Shown in pieces: positions 17,462-27,590 of a stretch of DNA of 54,413 nucleotides (positions within the stretch are counted from its first letter, which is position 1; each line of letters starts with the position of its first letter). This DNA is from a virus (lineage: Duplodnaviria; Caudoviricetes). The DNA is taken from positions 1-54,413 of the IMG/VR virus record IMGVR_UViG_3300045454_000116; one strand, 5' to 3'. A model generated the notes under the pieces. The model was not told where the DNA came from and made no database searches. It worked only from the letters and a program-made list of their open reading frames with translations. Position numbers and translations under genes: made by a program.

Positions 17462-19612
17462 ATGACGCACGACGCATCCCCCATGGTGACCACCTACTCC
17501 ATGTGGAACCAGTTCCGGAACTGCCGGAAGGCGGCCGAACTTCGCTATCTCCAGCATCTGGTGCCGCTCGAACGGGACCGCAACCTGCACTTCGGCTCGC
17601 TGATTCACGAGTGCCTGGAACTCTGGCACGGCCAGCGCGACCTGGCGCGGATGCTTGATCTCATCGACCGCCGCTGCGCGGCCCGCGCGCAGGACGAGGA
17701 TCAGAAACGCGACTGGCACCTAGCCACCGCGATGATGCGGGCCTATGCGGAGCGTTACGCCGAAGAAGAGTTCGAAGTGGTTGCCCTGGAGCACGTCTTC
17801 GAAGGGCCGATTGTGAACCCGGCCACGGGCGCCTCCTCGCGCAGCTTCCGCCTGGCGGGCAAGGTCGATGGGATCGTTCGCATCGACGGCGAGCATTTCA
17901 TTCTCGAACATAAGTGCGTTGCAGGTGACAGCCGCATTTACGATTACGCATCGGCCGAGCTCCTAACGGTTCGCGACATGGCGCGGCGCCAAGTAGAGCC
18001 CGTAGTCCTCGGGATCGACGACCAGGGACGGCTCAGGCATGCGCAGGCAGGCGTTCCACAACCCGAAAAAGTGCGAGATGTCTTCCGAATCGTTCTCAAG
18101 TCCGGCCGAAGCCTCACCGTCTCGGATAACCACCCGGTCCTCACTCATAAGGGCTGGGTGGCCGCGGGGGCACTGAAGAAGGGCGACTGGGCAGCGGTTC
18201 CCCAGGCGTCACAGACTTCACACACGCAGAGCCCGTTTTCCGACGATGAGGTAAAGCTGGCCGGGTACATGTTGGCGGATGGCACTCTGTCGACTCTGGC
18301 GTTCACCAAATCAGACGGGCCTGTGCTCGCTGACTTCCTGGCGGCGGTAAGTCGTCTGGGCATTCGGTTCCACATACAGGGGCGAGAAGACCGCACTCCA
18401 CAGGTGAGATTGTCGCAGGCGCCCGAAAGCCCGGCGCGTCTCCTGATGGAGAGATTAGGCCTCTATGAGGAATGCGCCGAGGAGAAGCACCTTCCGGGTG
18501 TACTCCACTCGATTACGGACCACCAAGTCGGACTTCTGCTCGGCGCACTCTGGAGTACCGACGGTTGCGTGGACGTGTATGAGGAAAAGCGGCCGGATTG
18601 CGCCCGCTCTCAGGAGAAGATTCGGATTGCCTACGCTTCTCGTTCGCATGCCCTCTGTTCAGGAGTCCAGCAGCTTCTCTTGCGGCTCGGCATCAATTCA
18701 TCCGTCACCCGTTCCACGGTTGCGTACCGGCATGAACGGCGACCTACCTTCGTCACGAGAGTGATCGGCCGGCACTCAAAACGCCGATTCCTCGATCTCG
18801 CGATCGCTGGCGCGATTCCCATCCTGAAGTACCCCGAGGTGATCCGGCGGGCGCGGGCGTTGGTGAAGCCCGGAGAAGACCCTCGCATGGCGCCGTCTGA
18901 GCTGCCGGCATGGCTTCAACATGCAGAGGTGTTCTGGGACCCCGTTGAGGTCGTGATCGTCTCTGGGAGGCAGTTGATGTACAACCTGACCGTTCCAGAG
19001 ATCCACAGTTTTGTTGTGGACGACGTAATCACCCACAATACCGCGGCCCAGGTTGACGGCGATTACCTGGAGAAGCTCTGGACCGACTTTCAGATCACGC
19101 TCTACTCGCACTACGTCGAGCAGACGATGGGCATTCCCATCACTGGGATTCTCTACAACGTCCTCGTCAAGGCACGGCTCCAGCAGTCCAGAGGTGAGAC
19201 CGAGGAAGAGTTCGAAGCCCGCCGCGCGGAGCTGCTTGCCAAGTCGAAGACGGGCCGTACGGCCGCGCGACGGCGCGAGCCGGAGTCCGACGAAGATTTC
19301 CAGCGGCGGTTGGCCGAGAAGTACGCGGATCCGGCGATGTTCCACCGCGAGCGGCTGTATCTGTCGCGCGACCGCTTCGACGTGCTGCGCGCCGAGCTGT
19401 GGGAGCTCACGCAGGCCTTCCTCGACGCGCGCCGCCGCGGGGTCTTCTACCAGAACACTTCGTTCTGCTTCAACTACCAGCGGCCCTGTCCCTACTTCGC
19501 CCTGTGCCGGTCCAACGGCAATCCCAACGTGATCGAGAACTTCTACCAGCGCGCCGAGCCCAACGAGGAACTGCGCGTTCTCGCGGCCGGCTCGTCCGAA
19601 CCCGCTTTCTGA
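17462..19612 (+). CDS. PD-(D/E)XK (RecB/AddB/Cas4-like) exonuclease interrupted by an intein
   Basis: 'GKVDGIV...ILEHK|T' active site; N-terminal Cys plus C-terminal 'CFNYQRPCPYFALC' (Fe-S staple pattern). Confidence 0.88.
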   Translation: MTHDASPMVTTYSMWNQFRNCRKAAELRYLQHLVPLERDRNLHFGSLIHECLELWHGQRDLARMLDLIDRRCAARAQDEDQKRDWHLATAMMRAYAERYAEEEFEVVALEHVFEGPIVNPATGASSRSFRLAGKVDGIVRIDGEHFILEHKCVAGDSRIYDYASAELLTVRDMARRQVEPVVLGIDDQGRLRHAQAGVPQPEKVRDVFRIVLKSGRSLTVSDNHPVLTHKGWVAAGALKKGDWAAVPQASQTSHTQSPFSDDEVKLAGYMLADGTLSTLAFTKSDGPVLADFLAAVSRLGIRFHIQGREDRTPQVRLSQAPESPARLLMERLGLYEECAEEKHLPGVLHSITDHQVGLLLGALWSTDGCVDVYEEKRPDCARSQEKIRIAYASRSHALCSGVQQLLLRLGINSSVTRSTVAYRHERRPTFVTRVIGRHSKRRFLDLAIAGAIPILKYPEVIRRARALVKPGEDPRMAPSELPAWLQHAEVFWDPVEVVIVSGRQLMYNLTVPEIHSFVVDDVITHNTAAQVDGDYLEKLWTDFQITLYSHYVEQTMGIPITGILYNVLVKARLQQSRGETEEEFEARRAELLAKSKTGRTAARRREPESDEDFQRRLAEKYADPAMFHRERLYLSRDRFDVLRAELWELTQAFLDARRRGVFYQNTSFCFNYQRPCPYFALCRSNGNPNVIENFYQRAEPNEELRVLAAGSSEPAF
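17915..19039 (+). mobile_element. Intein (375 aa) with LAGLIDADG homing endonuclease
   Basis: Starts CVAGDSRI, block B 'SDNHPVL', 'LAGYMLADG', 'LLGALWSTDG', ends 'ITHN' with +1 Thr. Confidence 0.93.
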
Positions 19613-19629
19613 AACCCAAGGAGACTCTG

Positions 19630-21432
19630 ATGCCCATTCTTCCCACGACGAAAACCCCACCCAAGCCGAGCCTGTCGGATCTGACCGTGCTGTGTTACGG
19701 GCAAACCAAGATCGGCAAGTGTCTCGGCGGCAACTCTCTGCTGGCCAACCCGCTCAATGGCCGCCTGATGAGGATGGAATCGCTCGTCCGGAATCAATCC
19801 GGGCCGGTGCTGAGCATGAGGGAGGCGGGCCAGTTGAGACCGCTCACGCCCTCGGCCTTTGTCGAAAACGAGCCCGCTCAACTGTACTTGTTGAAAACCC
19901 AAACCGGCCGTTGGATCGAGGCCACCGCGAACCACCCCTTCTTGACCCGGGAAGGTTGGAAGCCGCTGTCGGAGTTGAACCTGAGCGACCGGGTGGCCGT
20001 CGTAGCCGAATATCCGCCGCTGGCGTGTCATGGCGATACCGACGATGAACTGGTCAAGATCATGGCGTATCTGATCGCCGACGGCAGTCTCGCCGGCAAG
20101 GGCGCCATCTTCACCAAGAACGATCCAGCCGTGCGGATGGACTTCGAGGCGGCTGTCGAAGCCAAGGGCGATGAGTGCGTGGAATTCGTCAACCAGAAGG
20201 GGGTTGTCCAGGTACGCGTCCGCGGCAAGCGCGGCCACCGCAACAACGTCATCGGTCACTTGCGGCAGACGGGGCTGCAAGGGCTGCGGTCCCGGGAAAA
20301 GTCCATTCCCGACTTCGTCTTCGGCCTGAAGCGAAGCAAGCAGAAGTTGTTCCTGAACCGGCTGTTCACCTGCGACGGCTCGGTGGAGGCGTCGGGCCGC
20401 ATCAGCTTCAGTTCGACCTCGGTGCGCATGGTTGAACAGGTCCAGCACCTGCTGGCCCGCTACGGGATCGTCTCCCTGATCCGGGACCGGTTTTTGAACG
20501 GCAGCCTCTACGGCGCCGAGCTTTGCATCGCCGCCAAGGACGACGTGCTCCGTTTCATCGACCAGATCGGTTTTTACGGAGAGAAAGCCGTCAAGGCGGA
20601 GGCAGTGCGGCAGAACCTTTACCAAGTGAGGTCCGCCGAAACGCAGCTCGACAGGATCGGTTCCATCCTGTTCGACCGCGTGACCTCGGTCCGCCCCTCG
20701 CGGGTAGCGCCCGTGTTCGACCTCACGGTTGAGGAGACGCACAATTTCGTGGCCAACGACTTTGTCGTCCACAACTCGACCTTCTGCTCTCAAGCCGACG
20801 GCGCCGTCTTTCTCGCCACCGAGCCGGGCCTGAACGCCCTCGAGGTCTTCCAGGTGCCCATCCTCTCCTGGGAGGATCTGCTGGCCGCCTGCGCCGAAAT
20901 CAGCGAGGGCAAGCACCCGTTCAAGACCATCATCGTCGACACCGTCGACAACGCCCATAAGTTCTGCACCGAGTACATCCTGCGGAAGTACAAGGTCGAG
21001 CACGAATCCGACCTGGCCTACGGCAAGGGCTACTCGATCGTCAACAACGAGTTCCAGCGCGTGCTGACGAAACTCGCTTTCCTGCCCTACGGGCTCTACC
21101 TGATCTCGCACGCCAAGGAGATCGAGGTCGAAACGCGCACCGGCAAGTACACGCGCATCGTGCCGACGCTGCCCGAGAAGGCGCGCAAGATCGTGCTCGG
21201 TATGGTCGACATGGTCCTTTACTGCGACCTCGATGTGTCGGCCGGCGCGGAAGGCGAGCAGATCATCCGGCGCGTGATCCGTACCAAGCCGAGCCTCTAC
21301 TACGAAGCCGGCGACCGCACCGGTCGGCTGCCCGAGACGATCGACCTCGACTACCGCAAGTTCCTCGAAGCCTTCCAGGCGGCGGCGGGTGCGCCGCCGA
21401 AACCGCAGGCGGGCCCCAAGCAGGCCAAGTAA
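19630..21432 (+). CDS. AAA_24/Sak4-like ATPase (phage recombination) interrupted by an intein
   Basis: Walker A 'YGQTKIGK|ST', 'LATEPG', Walker B 'TIIVDTVD', 'LISHAK'. Confidence 0.88.
   Translation: MPILPTTKTPPKPSLSDLTVLCYGQTKIGKCLGGNSLLANPLNGRLMRMESLVRNQSGPVLSMREAGQLRPLTPSAFVENEPAQLYLLKTQTGRWIEATANHPFLTREGWKPLSELNLSDRVAVVAEYPPLACHGDTDDELVKIMAYLIADGSLAGKGAIFTKNDPAVRMDFEAAVEAKGDECVEFVNQKGVVQVRVRGKRGHRNNVIGHLRQTGLQGLRSREKSIPDFVFGLKRSKQKLFLNRLFTCDGSVEASGRISFSSTSVRMVEQVQHLLARYGIVSLIRDRFLNGSLYGAELCIAAKDDVLRFIDQIGFYGEKAVKAEAVRQNLYQVRSAETQLDRIGSILFDRVTSVRPSRVAPVFDLTVEETHNFVANDFVVHNSTFCSQADGAVFLATEPGLNALEVFQVPILSWEDLLAACAEISEGKHPFKTIIVDTVDNAHKFCTEYILRKYKVEHESDLAYGKGYSIVNNEFQRVLTKLAFLPYGLYLISHAKEIEVETRTGKYTRIVPTLPEKARKIVLGMVDMVLYCDLDVSAGAEGEQIIRRVIRTKPSLYYEAGDRTGRLPETIDLDYRKFLEAFQAAAGAPPKPQAGPKQAK
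19720..20775 (+). mobile_element. Intein (352 aa) with LAGLIDADG homing endonuclease, inserted in the P-loop
   Basis: Starts CLGGNSLL, 'TANHPFL', 'AYLIADG', 'LNRLFTCDG', ends 'VVHN' with +1 Ser. Confidence 0.93.
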
Positions 21433-21454
21433 CCAATCAACAGGAGACAACAGC

Positions 21455-21913
21455 ATGAGCAGACATTCGATTGATCTTTCGCAGTTCGATGACGATTTCC
21501 GGGCCGAACAGCCCGAAGAGCGCGGCGATTTCGAGAGCGTGCCCGACGGCAAATATCAGGTCACGGTCGACAAGGTCGAGCTGACCGAGGCCCAGTCCTC
21601 GGGCAACCCGATGATCAAGTGGACGCTGCGGATTCTGGCGCCGAAGTTCACGAACCGCCTGATGTGGCGCAACAGCGTCATCACGCAGAACACGCTCAAG
21701 TACGTGAAGACCGACCTGCACCTGTGCGGGCTCGATCTCGAGCGGCTGTCGGACCTGCCGAAGCACCTTGACCGGCTGCTCGACGTGAAGCTCGAAGTGA
21801 CCAAGCGCACCAAGGGCGACAGCGAGAACATCTACTTCAACCGCCGCATCGAGACGAGCCAGAGCGCAGCCAAGTTCCGGCGGGAGGCCGACGACGCCCT
21901 TGTGCCGTTCTAA
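21455..21913 (+). CDS. DUF669-like phage single-stranded DNA-binding protein
   Basis: 'VPDGKYQVTVDKVE...SGNPMIKWTLRI', acidic C-terminus 'DDALVPF'; follows the Sak4-like gene. Confidence 0.8.
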   Translation: MSRHSIDLSQFDDDFRAEQPEERGDFESVPDGKYQVTVDKVELTEAQSSGNPMIKWTLRILAPKFTNRLMWRNSVITQNTLKYVKTDLHLCGLDLERLSDLPKHLDRLLDVKLEVTKRTKGDSENIYFNRRIETSQSAAKFRREADDALVPF

Positions 21914-22349
21914 CGCGGCGCGGGCCACCATCGTCATCGACTCACGGGAACAGGAGGCGTACGCGTTCGATCCCCGTCTGACTGGCGCTGTGCGGCGGGC
22001 GCTCAAGGCCGGGGACTACTCCATCGCCGGGCTCGAGGACCAGGTGGCCGTGGAGCGCAAGACGCTCGATGACTTCGTCTCGACGGTGATCCACCGGCGG
22101 CGGCGTTTCCGGGAGGAGCTGCGCAAACTGAGCCAGTACCGCGCCGCCTGCGTCGTGGTCGAGGCCGAGCTTCTCGACGTGCTCGCCAAGCGTTATCGCG
22201 GCGAAGCCCGGCCGGCGGCGGTCGTGGGCTCGACGCTCTCGATCCTGCTCGACTACGGCGTGCCGGTCGTGTTCTGCGGCAACCGCCAGGCGGCGTGTCA
22301 TTTCACGCAGGCCTTTCTGCTGGCGGCGTGGAAGAGGTGGGGACGATGA
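21900..22349 (+). CDS. ERCC4-domain nuclease
   Basis: 'IDSREQ', 'GDYSI', 'VERKTLDDF'. Confidence 0.9.
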   Translation: MCRSNAARATIVIDSREQEAYAFDPRLTGAVRRALKAGDYSIAGLEDQVAVERKTLDDFVSTVIHRRRRFREELRKLSQYRAACVVVEAELLDVLAKRYRGEARPAAVVGSTLSILLDYGVPVVFCGNRQAACHFTQAFLLAAWKRWGR

Positions 22350-24523
22350 AGGATCAGCGCGAGTCGATCCGCGGCATCGTCGACGCGGTCTTTTACTCGG
22401 GCCCCACCTTCAGCGCGGGCCGCCTGGTGACGCCCGATGGTGGCGAGGTGAAGTTCGCGGGCAAAGTCTATGTCCGTGAGAACGACGCCGCGCGGCTCGA
22501 AGGCCGCTGGGTAACGCATCCCAAATACGGGCGCCAGTTCGAGGCCGAGTTCCTGGGCCACGACCTGGAACTCGATCCCGAGGGGCTTGCCCGCTTCCTC
22601 GCCAATCATCCAGACATCAAGGGCATCGGCCCGGCCAAGGCGAGGTTGATCGCGGATCGTTTCGGCAGTCATTTCGAGCAAGCCCTTTGCAGCGAGCCGG
22701 AATCGGTGGCGGCTGTGGCCAAGGCGCCGGTCGAGACCATCGGCGAACTGCGCCGGATCTGGATCGCGAATCGCGATTTCAACCATGCCATGTCGCACCT
22801 GGCCGCCTACGGCCTGACCCATCACCAGGTCACCACGCTCGTCGGGAGGTTCGGCAGCCAGGTGGTGGCGATTCTTGAGCACGATCCCTATGTGCTGATG
22901 CGGGAGATTCCGGGCTTCGGCTTCAAGCGCGTGGACAAGATCGCCCGCAAGATGGGCACGCCCAAGGATCTGCCCTCGCGCATTCGCGCAGGGATTCACT
23001 ACTCGGTGCTCAGTGCGCTCGATGACGGCGACTGCTGGGTCGAGTACGAGGATCTGCTCGATCGCGCCAACACGCTGCTGGTGATGGACACGCTCGACAG
23101 CCGGGAGGTAATCGAGCGGCATCTGGAAGCGCTGGTCGCTGAGGGCGTGCTGGTCTTGCAGACATTCGAGCGCCTCATCGTGGCCGATCCCGAGATCCAC
23201 CGCATGGAAACGGAGCTGGCGGCGGTCTTCAAAGAAGCATGCCGGCCAAGCCCTCATGCAGTGAGCGATCTCGACGGGCTGCTCAACGCCGAAGGCGGCG
23301 AGCTGAATCCCGACCAACGGAAAGCAGTCGAGAACGCGCTCACATTTTCCATTTCGCTGATGACCGGCGGCGCGGGCAGCGGCAAGACCTACGCCGTGTC
23401 GACGATCGTGAGCATCGCCGAACGGCTGGAACGGAAAGTCTTGCTGGCGGCGCCTACGGGCAAGGCGGCCAAGCGGCTCGAAGAGGTCGTGGGCCATGAG
23501 GCGAGCACCATCCACCGGCTGCTCGGCTTCAACGGTCACAGCTACGCGAGGGATGCCATGAATCCGATCGAGGCCGACATTCTGGCGATCGACGAGGTCA
23601 GCATGGTGGACGTACCGCTCGCTTGGCGGCTGTTTCAGGCGGTCGACCTGACCAAGACCGCCGTGGTCCTGGTCGGCGACCACAATCAGTTGCCGCCGGT
23701 GGGGCCGGGGAATCTGCTCCGGGACCTCGTGAAGTCGCGAGCGATTCCGACCACCGTTCTCACGCGGATCATCCGCCAGGCGGGTGTGCTCAAGGAGAAC
23801 TCGACCGCCATCCTCGCGGGCGAGGTGCGGCCCACCACGGACGTGCAGACCGGTGGCCGCCGGCCCTGGTACGTCATCGACCGCTTCAGCGACCGCGAGG
23901 ACGTGCGGCGGATGTTGCTCTTGCTCTTCGAGGAAGTTCTGGCCGAGCGTCTCGGCTACGATCTGCTGCGCGATGTACAGGTGCTGACACCTACGCACAA
24001 GGGCCCGCTTGGCACGGCCGAGTTGAACCTTGCGCTCCAGCATCTCTTGCAGAAGAAGCTGCGCGGCTTCGACGTGCCGGATGTCCTTTCCGGACACCGG
24101 CCCATCTTCTACGCCGGCGACAAGGTCATCCAGACGCGCAACGATTACGAACTGGGCGTCATGAACGGCGCCGTGGGCTACGTCGTCGAAGCCACCGCGA
24201 AGGGCGCGCTTACGGTCGAGTTCGACGGCGCTGTTGTCGAACTCGAGCCTGGATCAGACGCTGCCAGCCGCCTTCAGCTTGCCTATGCCTGCTCGGTCCA
24301 CAAGGTTCAGGGCTCGGAATTTCCGTGCGCCGTCGTCATCGCTCACAAGTCGCACTCCTTCATGCACCACCGCAATCTTCTCTACACCGCGGTGACGCGC
24401 GCCCGGGAGTCCGTGATTCTGCTCGGCGATCGCTGGGGCATTGAGAACTGCGCGGCCAAGCGGCAGGTGGACCGTCGCAACACGTTTCTCTCCTTCCTGC
24501 TCGAACCGGAGGCGCGCGCATGA
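22346..24523 (+). CDS. RecD2-like SF1B helicase
   Basis: 'HPKYGRQF', HhH 'KGIGPAKA', 'TGGAGSGKT', 'APTGKAA', 'IDEVSM', 'GDHNQLPPV', 'HKVQGSE', 'YTAVTRA'. Confidence 0.92.
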   Translation: MKDQRESIRGIVDAVFYSGPTFSAGRLVTPDGGEVKFAGKVYVRENDAARLEGRWVTHPKYGRQFEAEFLGHDLELDPEGLARFLANHPDIKGIGPAKARLIADRFGSHFEQALCSEPESVAAVAKAPVETIGELRRIWIANRDFNHAMSHLAAYGLTHHQVTTLVGRFGSQVVAILEHDPYVLMREIPGFGFKRVDKIARKMGTPKDLPSRIRAGIHYSVLSALDDGDCWVEYEDLLDRANTLLVMDTLDSREVIERHLEALVAEGVLVLQTFERLIVADPEIHRMETELAAVFKEACRPSPHAVSDLDGLLNAEGGELNPDQRKAVENALTFSISLMTGGAGSGKTYAVSTIVSIAERLERKVLLAAPTGKAAKRLEEVVGHEASTIHRLLGFNGHSYARDAMNPIEADILAIDEVSMVDVPLAWRLFQAVDLTKTAVVLVGDHNQLPPVGPGNLLRDLVKSRAIPTTVLTRIIRQAGVLKENSTAILAGEVRPTTDVQTGGRRPWYVIDRFSDREDVRRMLLLLFEEVLAERLGYDLLRDVQVLTPTHKGPLGTAELNLALQHLLQKKLRGFDVPDVLSGHRPIFYAGDKVIQTRNDYELGVMNGAVGYVVEATAKGALTVEFDGAVVELEPGSDAASRLQLAYACSVHKVQGSEFPCAVVIAHKSHSFMHHRNLLYTAVTRARESVILLGDRWGIENCAAKRQVDRRNTFLSFLLEPEARA

Positions 24524-27255
24524 GCACCTCGATCGATGTCCATGCCTACTACCGCCAAATCACCGAGTTGGACATTGGCGGGATCGCCCGCGAGCTGCTC
24601 GGCCGCCGCATCGTCGAAGAGTCGCCGCGCACGCTCTTTTGCGATTGCCCGAATCACAAGAGCCAGTCGCACCGCTCGCTCCACGTCATGCTCGACAAGC
24701 AGGGCTGGTACTGCTTTGGCTGCGGCGTGGGCGGGGACGTGCTGCAACTGGTCGAATTCGTGCGCTTCGGCGTGGTGACGCGCGGCCAGTCAGGGCCGAT
24801 GCCAGAGTCGCACCGCCTGGCACGCGACTTCCTGGCCGCCCGCTCGGGCTTGCCGCCGCTGGCTCAGCTTGCCTCGGGTTCGCCGGAAGAAGCCGAAGCC
24901 GAGCACCGCCTCACGCTGCGCGTGCGCGAAGCGCTGACCGCGTTGGCCGAAATCTACCACCAGCGGCTCGTGAGCAATGCGGAAGTCTACTCGTGGTTCC
25001 GCGCCCAGTACGGCATCCGCGAGGAGACGATCGAGCGGCTGAAGATCGGCTACGCCGAGGACGGCTCGCCCACTGCCGCGCGCTTGCTCATGGAAGGGCC
25101 CGCCGGGTTCACGCCGCGCGAGTTGACCGCGACTTCCGCCTTCCGGCCGACGGCTCAGGACGGCATCGTGCCATTCTTCGACCGACGCATTGTGTTCCCG
25201 TACTGGAGCCGCGGCCACGTCGTCTTCCTGATCGGCCGCCGCACGCCGTGGACGCCCGACCACGAATGGGAGAAGTCGAAATACAAGAAGCTGGCCGTTC
25301 GCAACGACCGCAACCACAGCCATGTCGCGGCCTGTATTCGCAACGACGTGCTCTACAACGAGGACGTCCTGCTTACGGGCCCCGAGCGCATCGTCATCAC
25401 CGAAGGCGTGACCGATTGCATTTCGCTTATCGAGCATGGCTTTGCGGCCGTCTCGCCCGTCACCGTCCAGATCCGCGAGGCGGATTGGGACCGGCTGATC
25501 TCGAAACTGGCGGGCGTGAAGACCGTCTACATCTGCCAGGACAACGAAGTTTCCGAAGCCGGGCTCCACGGCGCGATGAAGACGGCCCGACGGCTGGCCG
25601 CGCACGGGATTACCACGCGCGTGGCGGTCCTGCCGCTCGGCGAGAAGCAGATCGCCGCGCGCGCCAGGCTCGCCGAGTTGCCAGAAGAGAGCCCGGAGGC
25701 TGACACCCTCCGCGCCGATGCCAAGATCGACGTCAACGAATACTTCGCCTCGGGCAAGACCGCCGCCGACTTCGAAGCGATCCTCGCGGCCGCGCAAACG
25801 CCGCTCGAGATGGCGATCGCGAAGTTGCAGCCAGACGCTCAGGACCTGGCGAAGATTCTCGATCCAATCTTGGCAGAGATCCATCAACTCGATCCCATCG
25901 AGCAGCCGCGCTACCTGAAGCTCATTCAGGACAAATGCGGCAAAGCCCGGCTGCCCATCTCGGCGTTGCGCCAACAGATGAAGGTCGTCCGGATCGACGG
26001 AGCACGTGGTGGCAAGGGAAGGCGTGGCGGCGCGCAAGCCTTGCGGGCCGTCAATGCCGGCGCGGAGTCGTGGCGCAACCATCTTTTGCTGAACCTCAAC
26101 GGCACGGTCAAGCCCGTGCTGGCCAACGCCATCACCGCGTTGCGTGGCGCACAGGAATGGTCGGGCGCGCTGGCCTACAACGAGTTCTCGAACTGCACCG
26201 TGCTGCGCAAGCCCGCTCCGTGGATGAAGTCCGGCGCGGATGTGCATGAGGAATGGACCCCGAACCACGACGTGCTGGCGACCGAGTGGCTCCATCATCA
26301 GGGCATCTTCGTCCCGGTCGACGTGACGGGCCAGGCGATCGAAGCCGTCGCCCGGGAGCGCGCGTTCCATCCCGTGCGGACCTACCTCAAGGAACTCACC
26401 TGGGACGGCACGCACAGAATCGAATCGTGGCTTGTCGACTACCTCGGCGTCGATCCCTCGCCCTATGCGGCGGCGGTCGGCTCGCGCTGGCTGATCTCGG
26501 CCGTGGCGCGCGTATTCGAGCCGGGATCGAAAGCCGACTGCTGCCTGATCCTCGAAGGCGAGCAGGGTATCCGCAAATCGACCGCCCTGCGCATCCTGGC
26601 CGAGCCGTGGTTCACCGATGAGATCGCCGACCTGGGTTCCAAAGACGCCGCACTGCAGACCCGGGGCGTGTGGGTGATCGAGATCGCCGAACTGGATTCG
26701 ATGTCGCGCTCCGAGATCGGCCGGATCAAAGCGTTCATGAGCCGGGCCATCGACCGCTTCCGGCCGCCGTACGGCAAGCGCCTCATTACCTCTCCGCGCC
26801 AATGCGTCTTCGCCGGCAGCGTGAATCATGGCACATACCTGCGGGATGAAACCGGCGGGCGCCGCTTCTGGCCGGTCGAGTGCAAGGCCGCGGTGATCGA
26901 CACGGACGGTCTGGCCATCATCCGGGACCAACTGTGGGCCGAGGCGACCTATCTTTACTTCGAAGGCAAGCCGTGGTGGCTCGACTCGGTGGAGCTCAAC
27001 CGCGAGGCGGCCGAGGAACAGGCCGAACGCTACGAGGGCGATCCATGGGATGACCTGATTCTCAAGTGGGTCGAGGGCCGGGAGTCGGTGTCGATCCCGG
27101 AGATCCTCGCGCAGTGCATCGAGAAGAAGACCGACATGTGGACGCAGATGGACCGCAACCGGGTGGCGAGGTGCCTGAAGGCGAACGGGTGGAAGCAGTA
27201 CAAGGCCCGAGAAGGCAACCGCCGCGAATGGCGGTTTCGGCGCTTAGGTCCATGA
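24520..27255 (+). CDS. Primase-helicase fusion (zinc finger + Toprim + VapE-like ATPase)
   Basis: 'CPNH...CFGC' zinc finger, 'TEGVTD', 'CQDNE', C-terminal 'EGEQGIRKST', 'RPPYG', 'DETGGRRFWPV'. Confidence 0.9.
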   Translation: MSTSIDVHAYYRQITELDIGGIARELLGRRIVEESPRTLFCDCPNHKSQSHRSLHVMLDKQGWYCFGCGVGGDVLQLVEFVRFGVVTRGQSGPMPESHRLARDFLAARSGLPPLAQLASGSPEEAEAEHRLTLRVREALTALAEIYHQRLVSNAEVYSWFRAQYGIREETIERLKIGYAEDGSPTAARLLMEGPAGFTPRELTATSAFRPTAQDGIVPFFDRRIVFPYWSRGHVVFLIGRRTPWTPDHEWEKSKYKKLAVRNDRNHSHVAACIRNDVLYNEDVLLTGPERIVITEGVTDCISLIEHGFAAVSPVTVQIREADWDRLISKLAGVKTVYICQDNEVSEAGLHGAMKTARRLAAHGITTRVAVLPLGEKQIAARARLAELPEESPEADTLRADAKIDVNEYFASGKTAADFEAILAAAQTPLEMAIAKLQPDAQDLAKILDPILAEIHQLDPIEQPRYLKLIQDKCGKARLPISALRQQMKVVRIDGARGGKGRRGGAQALRAVNAGAESWRNHLLLNLNGTVKPVLANAITALRGAQEWSGALAYNEFSNCTVLRKPAPWMKSGADVHEEWTPNHDVLATEWLHHQGIFVPVDVTGQAIEAVARERAFHPVRTYLKELTWDGTHRIESWLVDYLGVDPSPYAAAVGSRWLISAVARVFEPGSKADCCLILEGEQGIRKSTALRILAEPWFTDEIADLGSKDAALQTRGVWVIEIAELDSMSRSEIGRIKAFMSRAIDRFRPPYGKRLITSPRQCVFAGSVNHGTYLRDETGGRRFWPVECKAAVIDTDGLAIIRDQLWAEATYLYFEGKPWWLDSVELNREAAEEQAERYEGDPWDDLILKWVEGRESVSIPEILAQCIEKKTDMWTQMDRNRVARCLKANGWKQYKAREGNRREWRFRRLGP

Positions 27256-27590
27256 GGTCCACGTGGTCCATGTGTAGGTCCACGTCTGTGCGAGGCCGTA
27301 ATCAACTGATTCAAAACGGCTTTCTCAGTCAGGTCCACGTGGTCCACGTCTGTTGCTGTTAATTACTTGAGAAAAATGCGCACACAATGCCAGGGGACAG
27401 AAATGTGAATGCATTTTGCGTATGGAAAAGAGAGAAACCCCATGGACCCGGTGGACCCCGTGGACCTAAACCGCCAAGTCCTGCGAGTTCAATGACTTCT
27501 GGCGGCCATGTTTCCGGCCGAGACGTGGACCTGGTCCACGTCTTGCCGTGGACCTCCCTGCTCGTCTCGACCGCGCTGGACACTTGGACC
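27247..27590. repeat. Putative replication origin: convergent GGTCCAY iterons around an AT-rich core
   Basis: Six GGTCCAY copies (27247-27347), AT-rich 27350-27440, then inverted RTGGACC copies (27442, 27451, 27460, 27525, 27548); immediately after the primase-helicase. Confidence 0.75.

Noticed and set aside
17462-19612. Cas4 as part of a CRISPR system
   Set aside because: The Fe-S PD-(D/E)XK nuclease sits in a phage recombination module (ATPase, SSB), with no cas1/cas2 or array.
19543-26931. Long minus-strand ORFs (669, 599 and 713 aa)
   Set aside because: Antisense shadows of clear plus-strand genes in GC-rich DNA; no recognisable motifs.
27247-27590. CRISPR or coding repeat
   Set aside because: 7-bp units in both orientations around AT-rich DNA fit iterons better.
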